Source of the DNA: Eledone cirrhosa
Taxonomy: Eukaryota
Length of the DNA stretch: 64,000 nt
NCBI GenBank assembly: GCA_964016885.1
Contig: OZ024741.1
Span: 81,840,001-81,904,000, forward strand
Direction: 5' to 3'
Shown: positions 61,048-64,000 of the stretch, in pieces
Position numbering within the stretch: the stretch's first letter is position 1
Layout of the letters: each line of letters begins with the position of its first letter
Program-made: the position numbers and the translations under genes
The notes under the pieces: model-generated
Database searches by the model: none
Told to the model about the DNA's origin: nothing
What the model saw: the letters and a program-made list of their open reading frames with translations, nothing else

Positions 61048-63442
61048 ATATTTATTAAAATAACATATTACAGTTTAAGCAAAGAATCGCTGATGTTACC
61101 CTTAACGGGATCTTCTGAATCTAAGAAAATCAATCTGTGAACGCAGAAGTAAATATTTCGAAAACGTTGAAACTGAGGGGAGACAGGAAGACGATACTTT
61201 GGTTCTTGGAATCGTTCCCTGGCAAAGAACGAAAAAATGTCATTATTTGGAGCGGTGAGAACAATTACACGCAAAGACAAAACCACGTTCATGGTATAAA
61301 TGAAATCGTAGACTAATATTCTATTAGGTGGTTCGTGGTGACGTTCCCTGGCAATGAACGGAAAATCGAAAATAATACGTCATTATGTCGACCGGTGAGA
61401 ACAATTACACACAAAGACAAAACCACGTTTATGGTATAACTGAAGTTGTAGACTAAAATTCTATTTAGGAAACCGAATGATTCTCGGCTTCATAGTTAAG
61501 AATAATGTAAATAAATTACAGAGGTTATTGAAATCAACAATAATTAAATATATAGATGCAAGCATCCATATACGTACATACACATGCATACGCGGAAACA
61601 CCCGCCATGGGTATGCAAATACAGGCACGTACAGAAAACCACGCGCGCACATACAAAAACCCATGCAACGCCTGTACCCGCACACATACGAACGAACGTA
61701 TACACCAAATAGATATAAAACAATTATTAAAAAAAAATATATATATAAAAAAAATATATATACATGTGTGTGTGTGCGCGCGTGTACATATAATTATATA
61801 AACGTATATAAATATACACACATAAATACGTATATAACGTGCGCAGACACACACCTCACGTAAATACACATATGATCGGTAAACGTACGTCAACCAAAAC
61901 ACAAAGTACACGTATACACACACACTACATACGTGCAAACCCGCATACACACACAAACGCATACACATAACCATATACACATGTACCAGTATATATAATA
62001 TAATATATACTCCTATAACAAATAAAAGCAGATATACGTACGAGAAAGTATACGTACCTTCATAAAACATATTGGTAATATATACTTGCCTATACAAATA
62101 AGTAATAGTATAAACATAAAATATACTTAGCTACCACATCCGCGTTTAGTTCGTACTATCCGTTAGGGTATAAAGTTGGGCTGTAATACAAGAAAGATTT
62201 GTGCAATTTATGTTTACAAGCCGAAATTGCCTCATATTTTTTGTTTAAGATGTGTTCATTGGCGTGGAGTATTTCCAGGGCTTCAGCGGCGCAGAGGTCA
62301 CGTGGTTTTTTATTTCCGTTATACGATCTAGCCTAAGATAGGATCTCCCAGTGTAACCTATATTGGGTGTGGTTGTCTTTTAGACTCCAGATACAAGCTG
62401 AAAGTGACGTCATACTCTTTCTTGAAGGGTTAATAAAAGAATGGGTATGCATGTAAAGACGCTGCTTGAATCTATTGGCGGTTAACCCATGTAGGCCCTA
62501 CGGGACGTGGGTGTCTCAACCTTACATTTGTAGAAATGTTACTAGAGAGGGATTTCCCGGTTAGGGGGCAGTCAACCAGATTCCAACAATTACTGTTAGT
62601 ACTAGCTACAGGGATGCAAGTGTCCATACGACTAGATAATTTAGCGAAATTTGAAGCAGTGATCTTATGTGCAAAGTTAGGAGTCGTAGAGTAAGAAATT
62701 GTAATGGTATTACTATTAAAATTTTTATTATATTTATGTGCTGGGGGAAAATGCTTCACCCTCTCCATACAGGTTGAGACCAACCTCTCGGTCGTTAATT
62801 ACCTCGAAGTTACCCTCAATTTGTCGAATAGCTTGCACTACCTGTATAGAAAGCCGAATGATACGTTTAATTACATAATCAAGCATTCTAACCATCCTGC
62901 CAGCATAACCAAGAACCTGGTAAGAAACGTTTCTTTGAGGCTTTCCCGTCTATCTACAAACGAGCATATTTTCACCACCATTCCACATATTACAATGAAG
63001 CTCTTAATCGGAGTGGATTTGTCTATAAAGTAGCATATTCCGAGTATCAGCATAGACCTAGGAAAAATAGATCCCGACGCATTATATGGTATAACCCAAC
63101 ATATAATATGGAGGTGGCCACACCATTAGCTAAGATCTTTCTCTCCCTTATAAAGCATTTCCCCCCAGCATGACCTTTTTTTCGTTCTTTGCCAGGGAAC
63201 GTTTCCAAGAACCAAAGTATCGTCTTCCTGTCTCCCCTTGATTGCAACGTTTTTCGAAATATTTACTTCTGCGTTCACAGATTAATTTTTTTAGTTTCAG
63301 AAGATCCCGTTAAGGGTGAAAGCAGCGATTCTTTGCTTAAACTTTAATCTGTTATTTTAATAAATATTTGCTCTACGGTTTTTATATATTTGATATATAT
63401 TTATCCTTATCGAGCCCTCTTTGGATTTTAGTCTTCAAATTT

Positions 63443-63450
<8 letters not shown>
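61048..63450. mobile_element. Penelope-like element PLE-4 (same clade as PLE-3) with inverted arms
   Basis: Minus 62758->62156: HFPPAHKY..SYSTTPNF..CPLTGK..LNKKYEAISACKHK; plus 62757-63171: NYLEVTLNL..YRKPND..SNHP; terminal IR 61048-61238 / 63176-63367. Confidence 0.88.
63277..63352 (+). ncRNA. Type I hammerhead-like motif with CAGAAGA core
   Basis: acagattaa..agttt-CAGAAGA-t ccc gttaa ggg t-GAAA-gca..tgc-TT-aaact ttaatctgt. Confidence 0.6.
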
Positions 63451-63503
<53 letters not shown>

Positions 63504-64000
63504 TATTTATGTGTATATATTTATATTAACGAAACAGATGTCTTTATTCTTGTGATACATTCTACAATTTAACAGCAAAGCACATGCCAGTGTATGAGAT
63601 AACAGTATACATATATTCACACAATCTTTATATATTACATAACTTATATGAATTATATATGCACTGCAGCAACAGAAAGGTCATGAAAGAACAATTTATT
63701 AAAGCTGTTTATTATAATAAAATTTCTAATGTAATTGCAATCTATTACAATCTATTATGCATGTGCGAAATATATAAACAGTAGACCTATGTTGTCACAT
63801 AGCATTTTCGTTCATGAAATAAGTAAAACTATAGTAAATGTAGTTGAGAGGTTAACCCATTCGTGAACATTTTTCTAATGGTGGGAAGAAAAACTTATAT
63901 GCGGCATATCTGTTTCAATTAATTCTGAAACTAATCAATAATTTTGCATTATTTTATAGATAACTTTTTCATTATTAAATTTGTCTTTAGAATGAATATT

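Overview
This is AT-rich, repeat-dominated eukaryotic DNA, most likely octopus or another cephalopod (inferred from the SINE types and dense TA/CA/GA microsatellites). It has a 200-N gap, and I could not support any host protein-coding exon. Nearly all listed ORFs are microsatellite artefacts. The real content is mobile DNA: four decayed Penelope-like retroelements (PLEs; RT plus GIY-YIG), tRNA-derived SINEs, non-autonomous Helitrons, a mariner relic, and L1/Tx1, RTE and CRE fragments. The main signal is at RNA level. A 310-bp retrozyme-like unit carrying a type I hammerhead ribozyme (HHR) is repeated about 9 times as an inverted array (39298-42141). About ten further HHR or HHR-like motifs sit in PLE termini, several with non-canonical cores (U3:A8, C4, A4, U·U or A·G at 10.1/11.1). 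The full PLEs, several 140-630 bp mini fold-backs and the retrozyme array share one layout: (TA)n, inverted short arm, long arm with a 35-90 nt tail, (TA)n. This suggests a family of ribozyme-bearing non-coding parasites mobilised by PLE machinery. All structures were folded by eye and none has been tested.
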